The notes beneath the pieces were generated by a model, which was given only the letters and a program-made list of their open reading frames with translations, ran no database searches and was not told the origin of the DNA. Made by a program: the position numbers and the translations under genes. From NCBI GenBank assembly GCA_021787395.1, contig JAJYLZ010000010.1:4030-68029 (forward strand): 64,000 nt of DNA, read 5' to 3'. The stretch is from Chloroflexota bacterium (lineage in GTDB: Bacteria; Chloroflexota; Limnocylindria; Limnocylindrales; CSP1-4). This document shows, piece after piece, positions 17,887 through 26,227 of the stretch (positions are counted from its first letter, which is position 1; each line of letters begins with the position of its first letter).

Positions 17887-18828
17887 ATGGGCGACATCAC
17901 GGCGCTGCGCGGGGTCTGGAACATCGTCCCGACCCCCTTCCTTCCCGACGGCACGCTCGACACCGCCTCGATCCCCCGCCTGGTCGACTTCGTGCGGGCG
18001 ACCGGCGTGGACGGCCTCACGATCCTGGGCGTGCTGGGCGAGGCGGGACGCCTGGGCGACGCCGAGCGGTCCGCGGTGCTCCACGCCGCGATCGAGGCGG
18101 CGGACGGGTCGCTGCCGGTCTGCGCCGGCGTCTCGCACGCTGCCACCGATCGCGCGGTCGCCTTCGCCCGCGAGGCCCAGGCCGCCGGCGCGCACAGCGT
18201 GATGCTGGCGCCGCCGCCCCTGGCCCGACCCACGGACGCCGCGCTCCGCCGCCACTACCTCGCCGTCGCCGGTGCCGTGGACCTGCCGATCGTCGTCCAG
18301 GACCACCCCGCCTCGTCGGGCGTCGTGATGTCGGTCGAGTTCCTGCTGTCCCTGGCGGTCGAGGCGCCCGCCTGCCGGGTCGTGAAGCTCGAGGAGGAGC
18401 CCACCCCGCCCAAGGCGGGCCGCCTCGTGGCCGGCTCGAGCGAGCTCCTGGTGCTGGGCGGGCTGGGCGGCGAGATGCTGATCGAGGAGCTGGGCCGCGG
18501 CACCCACGGGACGATGACGGGCTTCGGCTTCCCCGAGGTGCTGGTGGCCGTGGTGCGACGGTGGTTCGCCGGCGACCGGGCGGGCGCGGCCCGGCTGTTC
18601 GACCGCTACGCGACGCTCATCCGGTTCGAGAACCAGGCCCTGCTCAACCTGCCCATCCGGAAGCACCTCTACCAGCGCCGCGGCGCCATCGCGCACGCGA
18701 CGGTCCGCGCCCCCGGCGTGCCGGCCGACCCGGCCACGCTGGACGACCTCGAGGCCATCCTGCGGCGGGTCGGCCTGGACCGGCACCTCGCGGCGGGGTC
18801 GGTCCTGCCAGAGCTGCTCGCCGGCTGA
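17887..18828 (+). CDS. Dihydrodipicolinate synthase/N-acetylneuraminate lyase family protein (class I aldolase/dehydratase fold)
   Basis: Motifs: TPF..DG.LD, GVDGLTILGVLGEAGRL, and a candidate Schiff-base Lys in RVVKLEE. I prefer ATG 17887, which follows GGAGG, over 17866. Confidence 0.82.
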   Translation: MGDITALRGVWNIVPTPFLPDGTLDTASIPRLVDFVRATGVDGLTILGVLGEAGRLGDAERSAVLHAAIEAADGSLPVCAGVSHAATDRAVAFAREAQAAGAHSVMLAPPPLARPTDAALRRHYLAVAGAVDLPIVVQDHPASSGVVMSVEFLLSLAVEAPACRVVKLEEEPTPPKAGRLVAGSSELLVLGGLGGEMLIEELGRGTHGTMTGFGFPEVLVAVVRRWFAGDRAGAARLFDRYATLIRFENQALLNLPIRKHLYQRRGAIAHATVRAPGVPADPATLDDLEAILRRVGLDRHLAAGSVLPELLAG

Positions 18829-18840
18829 GCGGCCGGATCC

Positions 18841-19608
18841 TCAGGGCAGCGAGCGGACCATCCCCCCGTCCACGGGCACGATCGCCCCGGTCACGAACGA
18901 CGAAGCGGGCGAGAGCAGGAACGCCCCGACGCGGCCGATCTCGGCGATCTCGCCGTACCGGCCGAGCGGGATCGTCGCCTGCGAGCGGCGCGCGATCTCG
19001 TCCGGCGTGACGCCGGCGGCCTTCGCGCGCACCCCGTCGAGGTAGGCGACGCGGTCGGTGGCGATCCGCCCCGGCGCCAGGCCGTTGATGCGCACCGGCG
19101 CGATCTCCGCCGTCAGCGTCTTGATCAGCCCGGCCAGGCCCGGCCGCAGCACGTTGGAGGCGATCAGGCCCGGGATGGGCTCGCGGACCGAGGACGAGAC
19201 CACGATCAGGATCGACGGGTCGACGCCCGCGCGGAGGTGGGGCAGTCCCGCCCGGATGAGCCGCAGCACGGAGTGCAGGGTGCCGTTGATCGCGGTCTCC
19301 CAGGCGGCCTCGTCGAGCGACTCGAAGGTGCCGCTCGGCGGCCCGCCGGTGCACGCGACCAGCAGGTCGAGCCCGCCCATCCCGGCCACTGCCGCCGCCA
19401 CCGCGCCGGACGGCCCGTCGGGCGTGGAGAGGTCGGCCACCACGGGCACGCCGCCGAGGCGCCGGGCCTCGGCCCGGACCCGCTCCGCGGTCCTCCCGAT
19501 CAGCGCGACCCGCGCCCCCTCCCCCGCGAGCGCTGCCGCGATGCCGTTGCCGATGCCCGATGCGCCCGCGCCCACGAGGGCCCGTCGCCCGGCAAGTCCG
19601 AGATCCAT
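18841..19608 (-). CDS. SDR-family oxidoreductase
   Basis: 255 aa. GAGASGIGNGIA cofactor motif, a classical short-chain dehydrogenase layout, and a C-terminal GAIVPVDGG. Confidence 0.88.
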   Translation of the reverse strand: MDLGLAGRRALVGAGASGIGNGIAAALAGEGARVALIGRTAERVRAEARRLGGVPVVADLSTPDGPSGAVAAAVAGMGGLDLLVACTGGPPSGTFESLDEAAWETAINGTLHSVLRLIRAGLPHLRAGVDPSILIVVSSSVREPIPGLIASNVLRPGLAGLIKTLTAEIAPVRINGLAPGRIATDRVAYLDGVRAKAAGVTPDEIARRSQATIPLGRYGEIAEIGRVGAFLLSPASSFVTGAIVPVDGGMVRSLP

Positions 19609-19724
19609 CCGATTCTCCGCTGGCGTGGACCGCCAGCGTACCGCCGAGGTGCGATCGCCGACGCCGACGGCTTCGGTTCGGGTACGCTCGCGCTACCCGG
19701 AAGGTCGCCGGCTCGAGGAGGTCG

Positions 19725-20954
19725 ATGGGCAGCGAGGTCGTCGTCGGGCTGTTCGTCGCCCTGGTCGCGATCGCGGTCGGCGTCGCCCTGGTCACGCAGC
19801 GCCTGTCGATCCCGTTCTCGGTCGCGCTGGTGATCGCCGGCTTCGTGCTGTCGCTGACCCAGCCGATCCACAACACCCGGGTCACCACCGACCTGATCCT
19901 CGCGGTGTTCATCCCGGGCCTCGTGTTCGAGGCCGCGTACCACATCGACCTGGCCGACCTCCGACGCTCCTTCGTCTCGGTCGCGGTCCTGGCGGTCCCG
20001 GGCGTCGTCATCACGGCCGCCATCGTGGCCCAGGTCGTGACGCTCATGACCGGCCTCGACCACAGCCTGGCGTTCGTCCTGGGTGCCATCGTGTGCGCCA
20101 CCGACCCGGTCGCCACGGTCGCGGTGTTCAAGCAGCTCCGCGCGCCCAGGGCACTGGGCACCGTGGTCGAGGCCGAGAGCCTGCTCAACGACGGCACCGG
20201 CGTGGTGCTGTTCACGATCGCGCTCACGGCGGTCAGCGCGCCCGTGTCGCCGGTGGACGGGGTCGTGCGGTTCCTCGGGGCGCTGGTGATCAGCGCCGTG
20301 CTGGGCGCCGTCGCCGGCCTGGTGGCGGTCCGCGTGATGCACATGGCCCGCGACCACACCGTGCAGGTGATGGTCTCGCTCGTCGCCGCGTACGGGACCT
20401 ACCTCGCGGCCGACGCCGTGCACGAGTCGGGCATCATCGCGAGCGTCCTCGCCGGGATCGTGATCGGCAACGCGGGCGGGCGGTTCACGCTCCCGGTCGC
20501 CACCACCGAGGCGCTCGACACGGTCTGGGAGACGCTCGCGTTCCTGCTCACCGCGGTGCTGTTCCTCCTGATCGGGTTCGTGATCACGCCGGCGCAGCTC
20601 TCGGTCGCGGTGCCCGTGGTCGCGGCCGGGTTCGTCGGGATCACCGTGGCCCGGGCGGCTGTCGTGTACGGGCTGATCGGGGCGGGCAGCCGGCTGCTGG
20701 CGCGGGGCGGTCGGTCGGCGGTGTCGTCCGGCTACCTGCACGTCATGTTCTGGGCGGGCCTGCGCGGCGCCATCGCGATCGCGCTGGTCCTCTCGCTGCC
20801 GTCGGACCTGCCTGGACACGACCTCATCGCCGGAGGCGTCTACGGGATCGTGCTCGTGACCCTGCTGCTCCAGGGCACGACGGCCGGCTGGATGGTCCGG
20901 CATGCGGGGGTCCTCGAGCCGGCGGTCCTCACGCCCGATCCCCTCCGGGAGTAG
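19725..20954 (+). CDS. CPA1-family Na+/H+ (cation/proton) antiporter, NhaP-like
   Basis: Start moved to ATG 19725, which follows GAGGAG. About 11 TM helices; motifs ATDPVA and ESLLNDG. Confidence 0.85.
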   Translation: MGSEVVVGLFVALVAIAVGVALVTQRLSIPFSVALVIAGFVLSLTQPIHNTRVTTDLILAVFIPGLVFEAAYHIDLADLRRSFVSVAVLAVPGVVITAAIVAQVVTLMTGLDHSLAFVLGAIVCATDPVATVAVFKQLRAPRALGTVVEAESLLNDGTGVVLFTIALTAVSAPVSPVDGVVRFLGALVISAVLGAVAGLVAVRVMHMARDHTVQVMVSLVAAYGTYLAADAVHESGIIASVLAGIVIGNAGGRFTLPVATTEALDTVWETLAFLLTAVLFLLIGFVITPAQLSVAVPVVAAGFVGITVARAAVVYGLIGAGSRLLARGGRSAVSSGYLHVMFWAGLRGAIAIALVLSLPSDLPGHDLIAGGVYGIVLVTLLLQGTTAGWMVRHAGVLEPAVLTPDPLRE

Positions 20955-21004
20955 CGCGCCGGGGCGTGGCGCGGGGCTCGCCGACCGCGGCGATCGGCGA
21001 GGCC

Positions 21005-22342
21005 TCAGCCTGTCGCGCGCCGGGCGAGGTGGAGGACGGCGGCCCCGCCCAGGCCGGCGATGAGCGAGGCGACCAGGATCGCGAGCTTCGCCGACGCGAG
21101 CAGCGCGCCCTCGGGGAACGCCAGCTCGGCCACGAACAGCGACATGGTGAACCCGATCCTGCCCAGCCAGCCGGCCCCGTAGAGGTGGCGCCATGACGTC
21201 TCGCCGGGGAGCGATCCCAGCCTCGTCCGGGTGACGGCCCAGGTCGCGGCCAGGATGCCGGCCTGCTTGCCGACCACCAGGCCGATGACGATCCCCAGGA
21301 CCACCGGCTGCACCAGGGCCTGGCCGAGGTCCGCCGGGAGCCGGACGCCCGCGTTGGCCAGCGCGAACAGCGGGACGATGACGTAGGCGACCCAGCCCTG
21401 GAGCAGGTGCTCCAGGCGCAGCATCGGCGCCTGGGCCGCGCCCGTGGTGTCCTCCAGGTCCCACAGGACGTCGTGGCGCTCCTCGGGCCCGGCGCCCTCG
21501 CGGAGGCGGGCGGCCAGCTCGCGGAGGTGGGCGGTGGCGGCGGCGACATAGGCCGGCCCGTCGTGGCGGGTGTCGGCCGGGATCATCAGGGCCAGGAGCA
21601 CGCCGGCGATCGTGGCGTGGACCCCGGTCTGCAGGACGGCCAGCCAGAGCAGGACCCCCAGCGCGAGGTACGCCCCCAGATGGCGGACGCCGGCACGGTT
21701 GAGGACGAGCAGGACGACCAGCAGGGCACCCGTCCAGGCCAGCCCGGTCGTGTCGATGCTGGACGAGTAGAACAGCGCGATGACCACGACGGCCAGCAGG
21801 TCGTCGACGATGGCCAGCGCGGTCAGGAACACGCGCAGTCCCGTCGGCGCCCAGCTGCCGACCAGCGCCAGGATGCCCAGGGCGAAGGCGATGTCGGTGG
21901 CCATCGGCACTCCCCAGCCGCGGACGGCCGGGCTGTCCGCCCCCACCACGAGCACGAACAGGATCGCCGGCAGCAGGGCACCGCCGACGGCCGCCGCCGC
22001 CGGGAGCGCGGCCCGTGCCACGGAGTCGAGCTCGCCGACGAGGACCTCGCGCTTGATCTCGAGCCCGATGACCAGGAAGAACACCGCCATCAGGGCGTCG
22101 TTGACCCAGAAGTGCAGGTCGCCGCCCAGGCCCAGGTCGCCGAGCGCGACACTGAGGGGCGTGTGCCACAGACGCTCGTAGCCGTCGGCCCAGGGCGAGT
22201 TGGCCCAGACGACGGCCGCGATCGCCATGGCGATCAGCAGGATCCCCCCGGAGGCCGAGCTGTCGGTGAACGAGCGCAGCGGCGCGAGCAGCCGATCGAT
22301 CGGCAGATCGCCGGTCGTCCGCGGCGAGGTGGCGTCGGTCAT
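21005..22342 (-). CDS. nhaA: Na+/H+ antiporter NhaA
   Basis: Motifs WVNDALMAVFFLVIGLEIKRE and ATDIAFALG are diagnostic of NhaA. Start taken as the second in-frame ATG (22342). Confidence 0.9.
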   Translation of the reverse strand: MTDATSPRTTGDLPIDRLLAPLRSFTDSSASGGILLIAMAIAAVVWANSPWADGYERLWHTPLSVALGDLGLGGDLHFWVNDALMAVFFLVIGLEIKREVLVGELDSVARAALPAAAAVGGALLPAILFVLVVGADSPAVRGWGVPMATDIAFALGILALVGSWAPTGLRVFLTALAIVDDLLAVVVIALFYSSSIDTTGLAWTGALLVVLLVLNRAGVRHLGAYLALGVLLWLAVLQTGVHATIAGVLLALMIPADTRHDGPAYVAAATAHLRELAARLREGAGPEERHDVLWDLEDTTGAAQAPMLRLEHLLQGWVAYVIVPLFALANAGVRLPADLGQALVQPVVLGIVIGLVVGKQAGILAATWAVTRTRLGSLPGETSWRHLYGAGWLGRIGFTMSLFVAELAFPEGALLASAKLAILVASLIAGLGGAAVLHLARRATG

Positions 22343-22531
22343 GCGGGCATCATGCCGGGCCGAGCAGCCGGCGTGCAGGGTGCAACCGAAACGCAACCGG
22401 CCTGACGCCCCCTCGGCGCCGCCGCCTCAACGCGCCCGGCGCACGATGCGTGCCGATCCACCGGCATCACCATCACGGTCGGCGGCACGGCCCCGGCCCC
22501 GTCGCCCGGTCAGCGGGAAGGACAGCCCAAG

Positions 22532-22756
22532 ATGACGTACCCGGTCTTCGAGTCCAGCGGTGGCCCCGGTCAGAGCACCGGCGGCCCGGTGACCTGCGCC
22601 AGCTGCGGCTGCCGGCTCGAGCGCGGCAGCGCGAACGGCGTCAGCGCCTGGTACCACTTCGCCCCGATGGGCGGCCGCGACGCCCGCGGCTGCAAGGTGG
22701 ACTGCGCGAACGAGGCGCACGACGCCCAGGGACGCGCGCTGGTGGCCACGGCCTAG
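22532..22756 (+). CDS. Small Cys/His-rich protein of unknown function (74 aa)
   Basis: GGAAGGA lies 9 nt upstream of the ATG. The C-x2-C-x-C ... C-x3-C-x4-H pattern (CASCGC, CKVDCANEAH) suggests a zinc ribbon. A strong hairpin follows the gene. Confidence 0.55.
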   Translation: MTYPVFESSGGPGQSTGGPVTCASCGCRLERGSANGVSAWYHFAPMGGRDARGCKVDCANEAHDAQGRALVATA

Positions 22757-22779
22757 CGCCTGCCCCCTTCGGCAACGAC

Positions 22780-22812
22780 ACGGCCCCGGTCACGCCCCGG
22801 GGCCGTTTCGAT
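22780..22812 (+). terminator. Intrinsic terminator candidate
   Basis: ACGGCCCCGG-7 nt loop-CCGGGGCCGT gives a perfect 10-bp stem, followed by TTCGATTCTC. Confidence 0.6.
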
Positions 22813-23282
22813 TCTCGGGAGTCGCGGGCGGTGGCGCGGCGGAGGTGCGCGGGCGCGGGCAGCGCGGCTCGCCTCGACGACGCCGAGTTGTTCGCAGATG
22901 GCCGCCCAGCGAGCACTATTGCCGCTGCCGGACGCGGCCGCCGTGGGGGTCGTGCGTGACGAGCGCCTGAGTTCCGCCAGATGACCGTCGAGCGGCCCTT
23001 ATCCGAGAAGGTGTCGGATACGGGCCGTGAGGAGAGCGCCTGCGAGAAACCCGTGGGGCCGGCACGCTCACCCCCCGGACTCCCGACAGGCTATGGCCGC
23101 GCAAGGGCCGTGCAGCGGTATTCTGACAATAACTGCCACGGCGTTGCCTGCGATCGGCCCGACGGCGCGGGCGACGCTGGGGTCCACATCGGGCGAAGGT
23201 GCGCTCGCGGAGGTGGGCGTGAACCACCAGGTCGGTGGGACGGAACCACGCCGCTGGCGTCCGCGTCCACGGAGGAGCAGAG

Positions 23283-23720
23283 GTGATACGAGCAGCCTCG
23301 GTGGGCATGGTGGCGATCCTCGCGGCGGGCTGCGGAGCGTCCTCGAGCAGCCCGTGGCCCGTCCGCACGCCGTATCCGTTGCCGTCGGACGCGAGCGCTG
23401 CCGCGCTCGTCACCGCAGCGCCGGCCTCGCCATACCCATCGGGCGTGGGCTGGGCGTGTCCCGCCGCTCTGGTCAGCCCGGTCCGGATCACGTGGGATCG
23501 AGCTGCGGGAAGCGCGGTCTTCATCGGTGTCGACACGGGGCAGCGCATCGGGCTGGTCTGGCCTCGGGGGTTCTCGGCCCGGGTTGTGGGCGACCGGCTT
23601 GAGGTCGTCGCTCCCGACGGCTCGATCGTGGGTCGCGACGGCGATGTGCTGTCTGGCCTCGGAGGAACGCCCGACGGCATCTGCGCCGTGCAAGGGACGC
23701 TCTACCCGCCGGCCGGCTAG
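23283..23720 (+). CDS. Putative lipoprotein, unknown function
   Basis: GTG 23283 follows GGAGGAG. The N-terminus [18 protein letters not shown] carries a lipobox (LAAGC). Confidence 0.55.
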   Translation: MIRAASVGMVAILAAGCGASSSSPWPVRTPYPLPSDASAAALVTAAPASPYPSGVGWACPAALVSPVRITWDRAAGSAVFIGVDTGQRIGLVWPRGFSARVVGDRLEVVAPDGSIVGRDGDVLSGLGGTPDGICAVQGTLYPPAG

Positions 23721-23913
23721 AGTCTCGCGAGCGCAGATCGGATGACATGCACGCTCGCTCGGTGACCGCAACGCTCCCCGCTCCGATCAGACCCAGCTGA
23801 CGAGCGCCCGCATCGCTGCCGCTTCAACCGGTGCGCCATGCCACGGGTGGGTGACCTCTGGGCTGCCTTGACGTCCATGCCACGGCGGCGGAGTCCTGAG
23901 CCCCTGCTGGGTC

Positions 23914-24507
23914 ATGCGAGCCGATGTCCGGCATGATTCGGCGATGGCCATCCAGGCGTTTCCGGAGGTGACGATCCCCGGGGATCGGATCCGCCTTCGT
24001 CCCTTGACCGCCGCCGACGTCGCCCCCGTCGTGGAGGCGTGTGCCGACGAGGTGACCCAGACCTGGCTGCCGCTCCCGCGGCCGTACACCGAGGCCGACG
24101 GACGCTGGTTCTGCCTCGAGTTCGCCCCTCGCCAGCGGGATTCCGGGCAGGGCATCGTCTTCGGGATCGAGTTCGACAGCCGTCTGGCCGGGGTGATCGA
24201 CCTGAAGCGAACCGACTGGCGCGCGCGCACGACGGAGATCGGCTACTGGGCGGCGCCATGGGCGCGCGGCCGGGGGCTGATGCGCGAGGCGGTGCGCTTG
24301 CTGACGCGCTGGGTGATCGCGGAGCACGGCTTCGCCCGTGTCGAGATCCGCGTCGCGACGGCGAACGTCGCGTCGCAGCGAGTCGCGGTAGCGGCGGGCT
24401 ACACGAGAGAGGGCGTCCTTCGGAGCGCCGGCTTCGTCCACGCTGGACGCGTCGACCTCCTCGTCTACTCGTTCATCGAGCGCGATCGCGAGCGACTGGC
24501 GGGCTGA
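23914..24507 (+). CDS. GNAT-family N-acetyltransferase (RimJ/RimL-like)
   Basis: 197 aa. Motifs: IRLRPLTAADV, EIGYWAAPWARGRGLMREAV, ANVASQRVAVAAGYTREG. The start could instead be ATG 23944. Confidence 0.85.
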   Translation: MRADVRHDSAMAIQAFPEVTIPGDRIRLRPLTAADVAPVVEACADEVTQTWLPLPRPYTEADGRWFCLEFAPRQRDSGQGIVFGIEFDSRLAGVIDLKRTDWRARTTEIGYWAAPWARGRGLMREAVRLLTRWVIAEHGFARVEIRVATANVASQRVAVAAGYTREGVLRSAGFVHAGRVDLLVYSFIERDRERLAG

Positions 24508-24626
24508 GGGGCGGGCGGATCGGCGACCGCCCTCGCCGCGCCTCCAGGCGAGCTCCCAATCTCAGGTGTCATTGCAGCATGCACGCGGAGGCTGGGCGTC
24601 ACGGGGCCAGGAGGCGGGCCCCAGCG

Positions 24627-25376
24627 CTACGTCGGGCGGCCCCATGCGACGAGACCGACGATGTCGAACCGGACCCGATCGAGCCCGTGGCGCGCGAACA
24701 CGTCTCGGACGTCGGCCTCGAACCGCGGCGCGCGATCGCCCAGCCGGACCCGGGCGAGCGTGCTCGTGCTGTGCAGCATGGCGATGTAGTCGTCGATGGC
24801 CTGGTCCACCGGCATGGGATCGGTGCGCAGCCGGCCCTCGACCACGAAGCGGCCGGCTGCGGAGAGGCTGTCCACGAGGGCCGGGGTCTCCAGGTGGTCG
24901 GTGACCTCGGAGTACTCGCGCACCACTGCCAGGAGGTCCGCCCAGTAGTCGCCGTGAACGGCCTCAGTGTCCGCGATGGCCATGACCGCCCCCGGCGCGA
25001 GTGCCGCTCGGAGTCTCGGCAGCGCCGCATCGACGTCGACCCAGTGGAGGCTCGCGCCGGCCGTGATGAGGCCGTAGGGCGGGGACAGGGGCGCGTCCTC
25101 AACGCGCCCGCGGACCCAGCGCAGGCGCCCGTCGGCGCCGCCGGGCAGACGGCGTCCCTCCTCGATCATCGCGGCGGAGGGGTCCACCGCGTCAACCCTG
25201 CTGGCGAACTCGAGCATGCGCCGGGCAAGCGCGCCGGTGCCCGCCCCGACGTCGAGGACGGAGCCCGGGGAGACGAGGAGGCCGGCGAGGGCGGTGAGCA
25301 CCTCGTCGGGGTACGGGGCGCGGTGGCGGTAGAGCCGCGCCACCTCCGCGTCCGAGAACACAGCGCCGAGGTTCAT
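24627..25376 (-). CDS. Class I SAM-dependent methyltransferase
   Basis: 249 aa. SAM motif I is VLDVGAGTGALAR, followed by VDAVDPSAAMI. Confidence 0.85.
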   Translation of the reverse strand: MNLGAVFSDAEVARLYRHRAPYPDEVLTALAGLLVSPGSVLDVGAGTGALARRMLEFASRVDAVDPSAAMIEEGRRLPGGADGRLRWVRGRVEDAPLSPPYGLITAGASLHWVDVDAALPRLRAALAPGAVMAIADTEAVHGDYWADLLAVVREYSEVTDHLETPALVDSLSAAGRFVVEGRLRTDPMPVDQAIDDYIAMLHSTSTLARVRLGDRAPRFEADVRDVFARHGLDRVRFDIVGLVAWGRPT

Positions 25377-25491
25377 CTCCGACCCGCCTGTCTGGTCGCC
25401 ATCGGGAGACAGTAGCGCCCCAGCTCCGATCGGGCCCCTGCCGGGCGCCCCGCGCCCGCCGGCAGCAGCGAGTCGCTCGGCGGCGCGGACC

Positions 25492-26211
25492 TCAGGCCCG
25501 CTCGTCGGCCTCGATGCGGTAGCCCACCGAGCGCACGGCCACGATCCGCGGACCGCCGGCGGCCTCGAGCTTGGAGCGCAGGCGGGCGAGGTGCGGCTTG
25601 AGCCACAGCAGATCGGGGTCCGGCTCGGCCGGCCACCCCGCCCGCGCCAGCCGGTGGTGCGGGACGAGGTCGCCGCCCGCGCGGACGAGCGCCTCGAGCA
25701 GGCGGAACTCCGTCGGGGTGAGGCCGAGCGTGATCGCGCCCACGCGGGCCTCGTGACGGGCCGGCTCGAGCGTGAGCGAACCCGCCGTCAGCAGGCCTGA
25801 CGGGCTGTCTCCGGAGCCGCGGCCCGCGCCGGCGAGGTCGACGCGCCGCATCACCGCCGCGATCCGGGCCAGCAGTTCCTGCTTGCCGAACGGCTTGACC
25901 AGGTAATCGTCGGCGCCGATCCCGAGCGCCTTCACCTTGGCGGACTCGGCGCTCTCGCCCGACACGACCAGGACCGGCACGTTGCCCGACGCGCGCAGCT
26001 GGCCGATGACGGTGAAGCCGTCCGGGCCGGGCATCGCCAGGTCGAGCAGCACCAGGTCGGGCCGCTCCTCCCGGAAGCGCTTGACGGCGGTCAGGCCGTC
26101 GTAGGCGGTGATGACCTGGTGCCCCTCCGTGCCCACCAGGGCGGTGATGGCCCCCACCATCGCCGGGTCGTCGTCCACGACCAGGATCCGCAGGGGTCGC
26201 GTTCCGATCAC
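25492..26211 (-). CDS. OmpR/PhoB-family response regulator
   Basis: GTG 26211 follows AGGAAGGAAGGA, directly after the kinase stop. Receiver motifs: ILVVDDD, LVLLDLAMPG, DDYLVKPF. The C-terminal winged helix includes VGYRI. Confidence 0.9.
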   Translation of the reverse strand: MIGTRPLRILVVDDDPAMVGAITALVGTEGHQVITAYDGLTAVKRFREERPDLVLLDLAMPGPDGFTVIGQLRASGNVPVLVVSGESAESAKVKALGIGADDYLVKPFGKQELLARIAAVMRRVDLAGAGRGSGDSPSGLLTAGSLTLEPARHEARVGAITLGLTPTEFRLLEALVRAGGDLVPHHRLARAGWPAEPDPDLLWLKPHLARLRSKLEAAGGPRIVAVRSVGYRIEADERA

Positions 26212-26227
26212 GTCAGTCCTTCCTTCC

